64,000 nucleotides of DNA, from the NCBI GenBank assembly GCA_032123335.1, contig JAQBFN010000020.1, positions 7,540-71,539 of the forward strand, in the 5' to 3' direction. Shown here piece by piece: positions 57,131 to 64,000 of the stretch. Below the pieces are notes generated by a model that made no database searches, had not been told where the DNA came from, and saw nothing but the letters and a program-made list of their open reading frames with translations. The translations under genes and the position numbers were made by a program. Position 1 is the stretch's first letter; each line of letters starts with the position of its first letter. The DNA is from Candidatus Micrarchaeota archaeon. GTDB taxonomy: Archaea > Micrarchaeota > Micrarchaeia > Anstonellales > Bilamarchaeaceae.

Positions 57131-57290
57131 GCAGGTTAAGCGACCTAACCGGTCGCAGCCCAGCATTTTGAAAACAAAATCAGGTTAAGCAGTCTTGCGA
57201 CTGCAGCCCTTCAAATTTTAAAAATAAAAACTTGCAGGTTAAGTGAACTGTGTTCACAGCCCTGCATTTGAAAATAAATGCAGGGGAAGG
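57131..57290. repeat. Three tandem ~50-bp units, each (g)caggttaag + a 6-bp-stem hairpin of differing sequence + cagccc + A/T-rich spacer
   Basis: Unit 1 is gcgacc-taacc-ggtcgc. Unit 2 is gcagtc-ttgc-gactgc. Unit 3 is gtgaac-tgt-gttcac. Flanks are conserved and the stems carry compensatory changes. They lie between tRNA-Leu and the membrane gene. Confidence 0.5.
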
Positions 57291-57364
57291 GATTTGAACC
57301 CTCGTAGGCACTAAGCCACTAGACCCTCAATCTAGCACGTTTGACCAAACTCCGCCACCCCTGC
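57279..57364 (-). tRNA. tRNA-Leu (anticodon GAG), type II with a long variable arm
   Basis: Reverse complement: GCAGGGG…CTAGA-TTGAGGG-TCTAG-(long variable arm)-GAGGG-TTCAAAT-CCCTT-CCCCTGC-A. 86 nt. Confidence 0.8.
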
Positions 57365-57451
57365 GTATTCTAATATCCCATTAACTGTAGGATAAGTGTC
57401 TATCCTTTATCCTGCATATGTTTTTAAAAGATATTCCCGCGAATTCCACTC

Positions 57452-58309
57452 ATGAAAAGAGAGGATGCGGGCCATGCGGGCATTGTCGCATTCCTGGTGA
57501 ATGTATTCCTATTCCTCATTAAGCTTGCAGCAGGATTGATTTCCGGAAGCCTCGCAATCCTTTCCGATGCATTCAATTCCTTTTTGGATATCCTCTCCTA
57601 CCTGCTTGCATTCTTTTCCATAAAGGTTGCGCAGAAAGGCCCGGATGCAGACCACCCCTTTGGCCACCGCAGAGCAGAGCCCCTCTCCGCTCTCATGATT
57701 GCAATATTCGCAGGTGTGCTTGCATTTGAAATCCTCAAATCAGCCGCAGACAACATCATTTTAGGGGAGCCCATCCTTACCCTCACTCCCCTTGTTTTTG
57801 CAATAGTAATAATCTCGATAATTGTAAAGATCGGGGCCTATTTCTACCTCAAGCAAAAAGCAAAAGCTTCACTAAGCTCAACCCTTGAAGCGCTTTCCAT
57901 AGATTCCAGGAACGACATCTTCGCATCTTCAATCGTCCTCATAGGAGTAGTCGGAGCCTACCTAAGCTCTCCAATCCTTGATGATGCTGCAGCCATTTTT
58001 ATCGCCATCTATATCCTCTATTCCGGATACGAAATCGCAAGGAAGAATATAGATTACCTTATGGGCGCCCGGCCCCCAAAAGAAGTGCTTGGAGAGATAC
58101 GGGCTGCCGCAAAATCAGTAAAAGCCGTAAAGAAATTCAAGGATATCCGTGCCCACTATGTAGGTGACCGTGTCCATGTGGAACTCTCAATAGTTCTCCC
58201 CAAGAACCTTAAAACAAAGAAAGCCCATGATATCGGTGAGCAGGTGCAGAAAGCAGTTGAAAAAGTAGCTCTGGTTTCCTATGCGTTCGTGCACATAGAT
58301 TATGAATAA
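57452..58309 (+). CDS. Cation diffusion facilitator family transporter
   Basis: CDF signature (…SGSLAILSDAFNSFLD…HPFGHRRAE…) and a C-terminal cytoplasmic domain. Confidence 0.85.
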   Translation: MKREDAGHAGIVAFLVNVFLFLIKLAAGLISGSLAILSDAFNSFLDILSYLLAFFSIKVAQKGPDADHPFGHRRAEPLSALMIAIFAGVLAFEILKSAADNIILGEPILTLTPLVFAIVIISIIVKIGAYFYLKQKAKASLSSTLEALSIDSRNDIFASSIVLIGVVGAYLSSPILDDAAAIFIAIYILYSGYEIARKNIDYLMGARPPKEVLGEIRAAAKSVKAVKKFKDIRAHYVGDRVHVELSIVLPKNLKTKKAHDIGEQVQKAVEKVALVSYAFVHIDYE

Positions 58310-58354
58310 TCCTCTGCCACTTTGGAGCGCTTCCTTGGAGGGCACTCCAAAGCG

Positions 58355-58774
58355 TCATTCTCCAATTACTTTTACTAAAACCCTCTTCCTTCTTCCCCCA
58401 TCAAACTCACAATAGAATACCTGCTCCCAGGGCCCAAAGTCCAGCTTCCCATCCGTAATCGGAAGCACAACCTGGTGCGCCATCAACTGCCTCCAGATAT
58501 GCGCAGCCGCATTGCCCTCGCCCACATTATGCTTGTACTCCGCTTCGTATGGAACAAGCCGCTGCAGCGTCGCAATATAATCCTGGATAAGCCCGCCTTC
58601 ATTATCATTCACAATAACCGCAGCAGTTATGTGCATCGGATTAACAAGGGCAAATCCCTCCGTTACCCCTGATTTCTCAACCACTTTCTCCACTTCATCC
58701 GTGATGCGCACAAACTGGATCTTCTCTTCAGTAGTGAACACCAGGTATTCCGTGTGCGACTTCATGGAAATCAA
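58355..58774 (-). CDS. YjbQ/UPF0047-family protein (secondary thiamine-phosphate synthase-like)
   Basis: …ITAAVIVNDNEGGL…RL…HNVGEGNAAAHI… family pattern. Confidence 0.75.
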   Translation of the reverse strand: MISMKSHTEYLVFTTEEKIQFVRITDEVEKVVEKSGVTEGFALVNPMHITAAVIVNDNEGGLIQDYIATLQRLVPYEAEYKHNVGEGNAAAHIWRQLMAHQVVLPITDGKLDFGPWEQVFYCEFDGGRRKRVLVKVIGE

Positions 58775-59302
58775 CTACTCAGTAAGGAGCAGGTGGTCAG
58801 CTTCAACTTTGATAAGTTCCCTGAAGAAGTACTTCACAGGCTCATCGGTGGATTCCGCAGCGGCCATTTTGTAAGCCTCAATTGTGTTCTCCTCCCTCCT
58901 GCGGGTCTCCGCAAGGTTCTCCTCAATTGTTTCCCTTGCCTTGTCTTCTTCCAGCGCCAGCTCTTCTATATTTGGCATGGCCACCCCGAGTATCTTCACA
59001 ATCGCAGATGCATGCTCCCTCTCAGCTTTCATGATTGCCTTGAACATCTTCTGCACCCACACCTCGTCTGAAGCCTTGGAAACGTTATTATAGAAATTAG
59101 TGGCTCCAACCTCAAGCTGGAGTGCCTCTTCCAGGTGCTTCCTTGAAATATCGCTTATGGGCTTTCCCCAAACCGGCCCCCACTCATCCATTGGGACTAC
59201 GTTTTCCTCATGCGCTCCGCAGAACGGGCACCTGCTTGGTGCTCCAGTGCCCAAATAAGGGTCCCCGCAAACCTTGCAAACAAACAATTGATACTTTCCC
59301 AT
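58775..59302 (-). CDS. Rubrerythrin-family protein with an N-terminal rubredoxin-like Cys4 (reverse-rubrerythrin arrangement)
   Basis: CKVCG…CPFCG, then a ferritin-like four-helix region with E-x-x-H (AEREHASA). Confidence 0.7.
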   Translation of the reverse strand: MGKYQLFVCKVCGDPYLGTGAPSRCPFCGAHEENVVPMDEWGPVWGKPISDISRKHLEEALQLEVGATNFYNNVSKASDEVWVQKMFKAIMKAEREHASAIVKILGVAMPNIEELALEEDKARETIEENLAETRRREENTIEAYKMAAAESTDEPVKYFFRELIKVEADHLLLTE

Positions 59303-59361
59303 TTAACTCACCTTAACAAGTAGCACTCTCTTATCCAGTAAATTATAAAAACACTATGAAT

Positions 59362-60495
59362 TCATGCACTCTCAGTAAACCTTCTGAGAACCCTAATCAG
59401 GTCCAGGTAGCTCTGCTTGCTCACCCACTCATCCGCAGAATGGTACTTTCCCCCAACCGGCCCGTAATCAATCACCGGAACTCCCGTTGTAGAAAACGCA
59501 TTCTCATCACACACAGTATACCCATAGGTAAACTGGGGCTCCCCAACCTCTTCCCGCACTGCCTGTGCAAGCTTCCTAACGCACTCCGCATCCTCCGGAG
59601 TAACATATGGAGGCATATATGGAGTTTCCCTTCTTTTTATCTCCACAGTAATCCTCCTTCCATCTATTTCCCGGAACTTCCCTTCCGCATAAAGCCCATC
59701 AACAAGTTTCCGTATCCCTGCAAGCACGCTTTCAGTAGTTTCCGGTGTAACCAGATGCCTGTCCAGCTCAATAACCGCATTTTCCGGAAGCGAAAGCGAG
59801 CTTGTTTCCGCATATATTTTTCGTATAAACTGCGAACCCGAAGGTAATTTCTCATGGGAAGGCATCTCCGCACCCTCAAGCTCCATAACCAACCTTGCCG
59901 CTTCACTAATCGCACTGGTTCCCTTTGCTGATTGCGCCCCATGCATTGCCTGCCCCGGCACATTAATCTCATAAACTGCCCTTCCCCTCCTTCCAAGCAC
60001 AATCGCATCCGCACGCCCAGGAGGCTCGGGGGAATCATTGATCTCAGGCACAATTACGCATTGCACATCTTTCAAAATCCCTTCGTGCACAAGCGCCCAT
60101 CCTCCCGCAGAATTGTTTTCCTCATCCACCCCAAAAGCAACCCTTACCCTTCTTTCACCCTGCCCTTCACATGCCTTGAGGATTGCAGCAATCCCTGCCT
60201 TCATATCATAAGCACCAAGCCCATACAGCTTATCCCCTTCCTCCCTAAGCACAAATGGGTCTGAGCTCCACTCCCCATACCTAGGAACAGTATCCATGTG
60301 CCCATACAGCATAATGGGCTTCCCTTCACTCCCCCTGTCCCCAACCAAGCAGAATCTCCCCTCCGCAACCTCCACTCTCCTCGTAGAAAACCCAAGTTCC
60401 TTAAGCTGCCCTTCCAAAAACTCCCCAAGCTCCCGCTCATCCGGGAACACTGAATTAATTGAAACTAATTTCCCAAGCAGCTCAATCTCGTTCAT
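59362..60495 (-). CDS. M20-family metallopeptidase/deacylase (ArgE/DapE-like)
   Basis: HMDTVP and a dimerisation-domain-length insert. About 377 aa. Confidence 0.8.
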   Translation of the reverse strand: MNEIELLGKLVSINSVFPDERELGEFLEGQLKELGFSTRRVEVAEGRFCLVGDRGSEGKPIMLYGHMDTVPRYGEWSSDPFVLREEGDKLYGLGAYDMKAGIAAILKACEGQGERRVRVAFGVDEENNSAGGWALVHEGILKDVQCVIVPEINDSPEPPGRADAIVLGRRGRAVYEINVPGQAMHGAQSAKGTSAISEAARLVMELEGAEMPSHEKLPSGSQFIRKIYAETSSLSLPENAVIELDRHLVTPETTESVLAGIRKLVDGLYAEGKFREIDGRRITVEIKRRETPYMPPYVTPEDAECVRKLAQAVREEVGEPQFTYGYTVCDENAFSTTGVPVIDYGPVGGKYHSADEWVSKQSYLDLIRVLRRFTESA

Positions 60496-61580
60496 GCGTG
60501 TACGGCCCTCCTCATCCTTCTTGGCTCCACCCTCTGCGCAACCACAGGCCTCTGCATCTTTCCGAACGGAGCCCTATATTGGTATGCTCCTGTTCCGAGC
60601 CCATTCTCGCGCCTCCTGCCCCAGTGCGCATCAAACGATTCCCTGTACTTCCCTAGGAGCTCTGTTGCCTTCCGCCTCGCCAACCTCCTAATCTCATTCC
60701 CGGACCCATTCATTTTCCTTGCTTCCCTCCTCAGCCTCAAAAGCTCCCTTGCATCCGGGTCAGAAATGTAATTCTGCACAGCAGCCCAGAAGTTCCTCCC
60801 CTCCCCCTGGTAATTCACCCTCCTCACATCCTCAACGCTCATGCCCGGAGTAATTTGTGTGCATTCCCTCTGCGCAACCACAGGGCCTGTGTCTATTCCC
60901 CTGTCTATGAAGTGCGCGGTAACCCCTGTCCAGGAGTTCTCCCCGCGGTTTGCGCGTGCATGCGCATCCGCAGTAGGCGTATCCCCGGGCAAATCCGGAA
61001 GTATCGCCGGGTGGCTGTTTATAGTCGCCCCAAGGTACTCATTAAGGTAAGTCTTCCCCATAATAACCATCAATCTGTCCAGCATAACCAGGTCCACTCC
61101 CGCGCCCCCAAGAACATCCAGGAATTCCTGTTCATACCTCATTCTCTCAGCCCCATATTCTGCCCTTAGCCTCGCAAACTCAACTTCATTCCCTGCAGCT
61201 GCATTCCTCGAATCCCTCAGCTCCCTGAGCCTCTCGGAGCATACCCCCACAAACTCCACAGGGATATCCGTAAAGTCCCTGAGCGGAGGCTCCCTATCAT
61301 CATATATAATAACTGCAAGCTCCACACGGGGCAAATTCAGTTCCCCTGCTTCCACCTGCTTATTGTGCTTGAGCATAAGGTTGTACACATGGGGAAGGTT
61401 TCCCCTGTGCGATGCATTGAGTGCACTGTCTGTTGCTGAAAGCGGCTCATCATCGAGTTCCCTCGTGGAAACCGCATATGCGATCCTTATCGTTTCCGTA
61501 TCCATTTTGCTCACCATTCTCAAACCTTCACGAATTTCGTATCGTTTCTCACACTTTCTAACGAATTTCGTATAAACCAT
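60492..61580 (-). CDS. Formyltransferase-domain protein (PurN/PurU-like core with N- and C-terminal extensions; true start may be Met22 at 61517)
   Basis: INSHPAILPDLPGDTP and GVTAHFIDRGIDTGPVVAQ match the formyl-transferase catalytic core. The first 17 codons of the long ORF are built from two copies of the operator-like repeat. Confidence 0.55.
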   Translation of the reverse strand: MVYTKFVRKCEKRYEIREGLRMVSKMDTETIRIAYAVSTRELDDEPLSATDSALNASHRGNLPHVYNLMLKHNKQVEAGELNLPRVELAVIIYDDREPPLRDFTDIPVEFVGVCSERLRELRDSRNAAAGNEVEFARLRAEYGAERMRYEQEFLDVLGGAGVDLVMLDRLMVIMGKTYLNEYLGATINSHPAILPDLPGDTPTADAHARANRGENSWTGVTAHFIDRGIDTGPVVAQRECTQITPGMSVEDVRRVNYQGEGRNFWAAVQNYISDPDARELLRLRREARKMNGSGNEIRRLARRKATELLGKYRESFDAHWGRRRENGLGTGAYQYRAPFGKMQRPVVAQRVEPRRMRRAVHA

Positions 61581-61665
61581 TATTACTTATCGTAGGTTTT
61601 TTAAACCTATCGCAGTTCCGCTACGGATGCAGCAACCCTTATAAAACTATTCTACGAATTTCGTA
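61530..61665. promoter_or_regulatory. Three copies of the near-palindrome ACGAATTTCGTA at 61530, 61561 and 61654 (spacing 31 and 93 bp) in the divergent formyltransferase/lrp control region
   Basis: Exact 12-mer repeated three times. Half-sites ACGAA/TTCGT. The third copy ends 3 bp before the lrp start codon. Confidence 0.45.
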
Positions 61666-61667
61666 GC

Positions 61668-62078
61668 ATGAAGAAAGATGAAAAAGACTCCAAGATTCTC
61701 TCTTTACTGAAGAAGAACTCCCGTGCAAGCAACACTGAAATCGCCAATGCAGTAGGTTTAAGCGAGGGCGCAGTCCGCCAGCGCATCAAGTCCCTGCTCC
61801 AGAACGGCACAATAAAGCGTTTCACAATAGAAACCAGCTCAGAAGCCGGAAACCAGGCCATCGTAATGGTAAAAGCAAAAGGAAATACGAAGAAAATGAT
61901 GGCGGAAATCTCCAAGCTCCCGGGTGTGCGTGCAGGGTTTGAAATCTCAGGCAGTTACGATGCCTGCCTAATCCTTTCTGCAGAAAACATGGAAGAACTG
62001 GATAAAAGGATAGATGAAATCCGTGCCCTCCCCACTGTAGAAGACACGCGCACCTTCATAGTGCTGAAGGAATGGTAG
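61668..62078 (+). CDS. Lrp/AsnC-family transcriptional regulator
   Basis: HTH (DSKILSLLKKNSRASNTEIANAVGLSEGAVRQRIKSL) plus a RAM domain. Confidence 0.85.
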   Translation: MKKDEKDSKILSLLKKNSRASNTEIANAVGLSEGAVRQRIKSLLQNGTIKRFTIETSSEAGNQAIVMVKAKGNTKKMMAEISKLPGVRAGFEISGSYDACLILSAENMEELDKRIDEIRALPTVEDTRTFIVLKEW

Positions 62079-62079
62079 T

Positions 62080-62802
62080 CTATCCTTTTCTTGCAAACAG
62101 AATGGCCCCAAGCGCCAGCAGCACAAATGCTGTTCCGCAATCCTCCTGGGGTGCAGGAACGCAAACCCCGTTTTCACAGGTTTCATCCCACCCGCAGTCC
62201 AAGGTGCCACTGCACTTTTTGGTGCCTGCACTAGGCCCACTGGAACCCGCAGCAGAAGCAATCTCCGAGCTCAAATCCTCAGGTGGCTTCCCATCAAATG
62301 TTGGGTCCGCAGGCTCAAGGGGCGCAGAAACAAGCCCATACTCCTCTCCCGCTAGATAATCTATCGCCATCAGGTCCCTGCTCTGCTCACTCATGTTCAC
62401 GTACTCCTCATATGGCATCACAGAGGAAACCTTCCAGCTTCCCCCCACACTATGCAGCAGCATCACATAATCCAGCTCATAATCGAAATTCTCTGCCCCG
62501 GAAACCGTTGCATTCAAGGAATACCCTGCCATTGCATATTCCCCCGAAGGATCCGTTGCATATTCAAGCCCCCTGATATGGTACTCCTCCGTATCGTAAG
62601 CTTCCCATATCCCAAGCACCATCTGCATCTCATATTCTATTTCAGATGCATCCAGGCCACTCGTATCCACATAATTCATGAATTCCTCAATGTTCTCATT
62701 TTTGTTTGCCGCATAATAGCCCGCAATCGTATCCTCAATCCCCGCAGCAAACACAGCCGCAAACAAAATCACTGCAATCATCAGTTTCTTCATAATGTTC
62801 AC
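62080..62802 (-). CDS. Secreted protein with a C-terminal Cys-rich module and a PGF-like anchor (…CGTAF-TM-RKG)
   Basis: Signal peptide, then …CSGTLDCGWDETCENGVCVPAPQEDCGTAFVLLALGAILFARKG. Confidence 0.45.
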   Translation of the reverse strand: MNIMKKLMIAVILFAAVFAAGIEDTIAGYYAANKNENIEEFMNYVDTSGLDASEIEYEMQMVLGIWEAYDTEEYHIRGLEYATDPSGEYAMAGYSLNATVSGAENFDYELDYVMLLHSVGGSWKVSSVMPYEEYVNMSEQSRDLMAIDYLAGEEYGLVSAPLEPADPTFDGKPPEDLSSEIASAAGSSGPSAGTKKCSGTLDCGWDETCENGVCVPAPQEDCGTAFVLLALGAILFARKG

Positions 62803-63926
62803 CCGGATATCTCATCATCTTTCCCATACTGCTTATCTGATTCAAATCCTTCATACTCAAGGTCAAACTGGAACAGGTGCCAATCCACATATCCATCAGA
62901 ATCCTCCACTATTGCTGCACATGAATATGTTGTAATGCGGGTTTCCGCCGCATTTACCCGCGCCTGGTGTGCAAGCCCCTTCAGCTTTGCCTGCATGTGC
63001 CCTATCGCACCATCCACAAGGTCTCCCGCATCATTTGAAATTTTCCCAAGCGCCCCAGGCGCAGCCTTGAAACCCAGGGTATAAACTCCCACAAAAGTCT
63101 TGAATCCCTCAAGCCCCAAATCCAGCGAGCGGTATGCTCCCTCCCTCCAGTCCTCTGATTTTGTGAGTGCGTGGAACCCGGTTGCAAGGTTCTGCGCATT
63201 TCCATTCAGCCCATTTGCAGCCTTGTAAATCCCCCCAACAACTCCAAACCGGTTTGCCCCCAGGTTTTTTGAAAGCCCTTCCAGGTTCGCCAGCTTCTCC
63301 TTGAATTCCACAGGATCCAGTTCATCCACTCCCTGCGCAGGCCCGGTCCACTCAATGCTTTCGCTTGTTTCTCCGGAGTAAAATACACGTGAATACTCAT
63401 CTGAATTTGCTGCTTCTCCTGAGTGCGTTCCAAGCTTTCCCCCAAAGCACCTGATGGTGTATTTCAGGTTCTTGGGCCCCTCATCCGCATCCTCCACTCC
63501 AATGGACAGCATGTGTATGAAGTATGCCTGTGCAGGGTCGGGACTTATGCTCATTTCCGTAATCTCTGGCACAGGGCTCTCCACCAAAACAGTCCCTGTT
63601 TTTGTTGTTGACCAGTCTTCTCCCCCGGAATGCTTCGCAGCAGTTATCTCCACTTCCAGCTCCAGCGGGAACTCTTCATAATGAATCCTGTCAATGGACT
63701 TCATGCTCGGGAGCCCAAGAGTTGCGCTTGCAATCCCCCCTCCATCCGTGTACTTCTTCACATCCATGAATCCCCAGTTTCCCAGGAGCCCGGTAAATTC
63801 AGGGTCAGAAACCCGGATATATACTTCCGCACCTTCAACTGCTTCCCCAGAGCCCCTTACAAGCTGGACCATGATGTCAACTTCTCCATTCCCGCTAATC
63901 ACAACTGAACTGGGGGTAGTTTCCAA
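62799..63926 (-). CDS. Hypothetical protein (Gly/Ala-rich; 4-bp overlap with the downstream secreted protein gene)
   Basis: ORF only. An in-frame stop at 63942-63944 bounds the 5' end. Confidence 0.35.
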   Translation of the reverse strand: METTPSSVVISGNGEVDIMVQLVRGSGEAVEGAEVYIRVSDPEFTGLLGNWGFMDVKKYTDGGGIASATLGLPSMKSIDRIHYEEFPLELEVEITAAKHSGGEDWSTTKTGTVLVESPVPEITEMSISPDPAQAYFIHMLSIGVEDADEGPKNLKYTIRCFGGKLGTHSGEAANSDEYSRVFYSGETSESIEWTGPAQGVDELDPVEFKEKLANLEGLSKNLGANRFGVVGGIYKAANGLNGNAQNLATGFHALTKSEDWREGAYRSLDLGLEGFKTFVGVYTLGFKAAPGALGKISNDAGDLVDGAIGHMQAKLKGLAHQARVNAAETRITTYSCAAIVEDSDGYVDWHLFQFDLEYEGFESDKQYGKDDEISG

Positions 63927-64000
63927 AAGTATATTTGGGGGCTCAGTATTCCTCTCACATCTCCCGGTTCCGGGATTGCAAGCAAATTCACACTCTTCAG

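Noticed and set aside
1-64000. CRISPR arrays, rRNA genes, transposases/IS elements
   Set aside because: I saw no regularly spaced direct repeats with unique spacers, no rRNA-like conserved segments, and no DDE or serine-recombinase catalytic motifs in any frame.

Overview
This 64 kb window looks like a compact archaeal chromosome segment. The archaeal markers are aEF-2, aEF-1alpha, RpoA'' and RpoN, L30e, L18e, topoisomerase VI, NMD3 and a tRNA-His with a genome-encoded G-1. Genes are dense, neighbours often overlap by 4 bp, and I saw no rRNA, CRISPR array or clear mobile element. It contains the str-type cluster (rpoA''-L30e-NusA-S12-S7-EF-2), but EF-1alpha/S10 sit about 33 kb away on the other strand. 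A second ribosomal block (L18e-L13-S9-RpoN-tRNA-Pro-S2) lacks RpoK and enolase. Several r-proteins carry long Lys/Glu-rich extensions. Five tRNAs are present (Glu-CUC, His-GUG, Thr-GGU, Pro-GGG, Leu-GAG). Housekeeping genes include SerRS, TyrRS, MTA phosphorylase, topo VI B/A, SufS/SufU, a CPSF-like nuclease, CorA and a CDF transporter. Accessory content worth attention, in rough order of interest: (1) A four-gene secreted operon at 21.8-30.6 kb: a small Asp/Tyr-rich C-terminally anchored peptide, an HKD/PLD-family nuclease, a 1875-aa single-pass giant protein with no recognisable domain, and a 790-aa Cys-rich lipoprotein with lytic-transglycosylase motifs. This is the best candidate for an undescribed cell-surface or host-interaction system. 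(2) A DNA-repair-like operon: hypothetical, PIN, short XPF, MBL/beta-CASP-like nuclease. (3) An H-cluster-only [FeFe]-hydrogenase-like gene. (4) A bacterial-type acyl module: Pta-AckA-AcpS facing ACP-DUF35-thiolase. (5) A LonB-type AAA+ ATPase with a zinc ribbon in place of the membrane anchor and no protease domain. (6) A tandem-domain WHxH..C protein just upstream of SufS/SufU. (7) A family of PGF-like C-terminal anchors on small secreted proteins. Several structured or repetitive non-coding regions are also noted.
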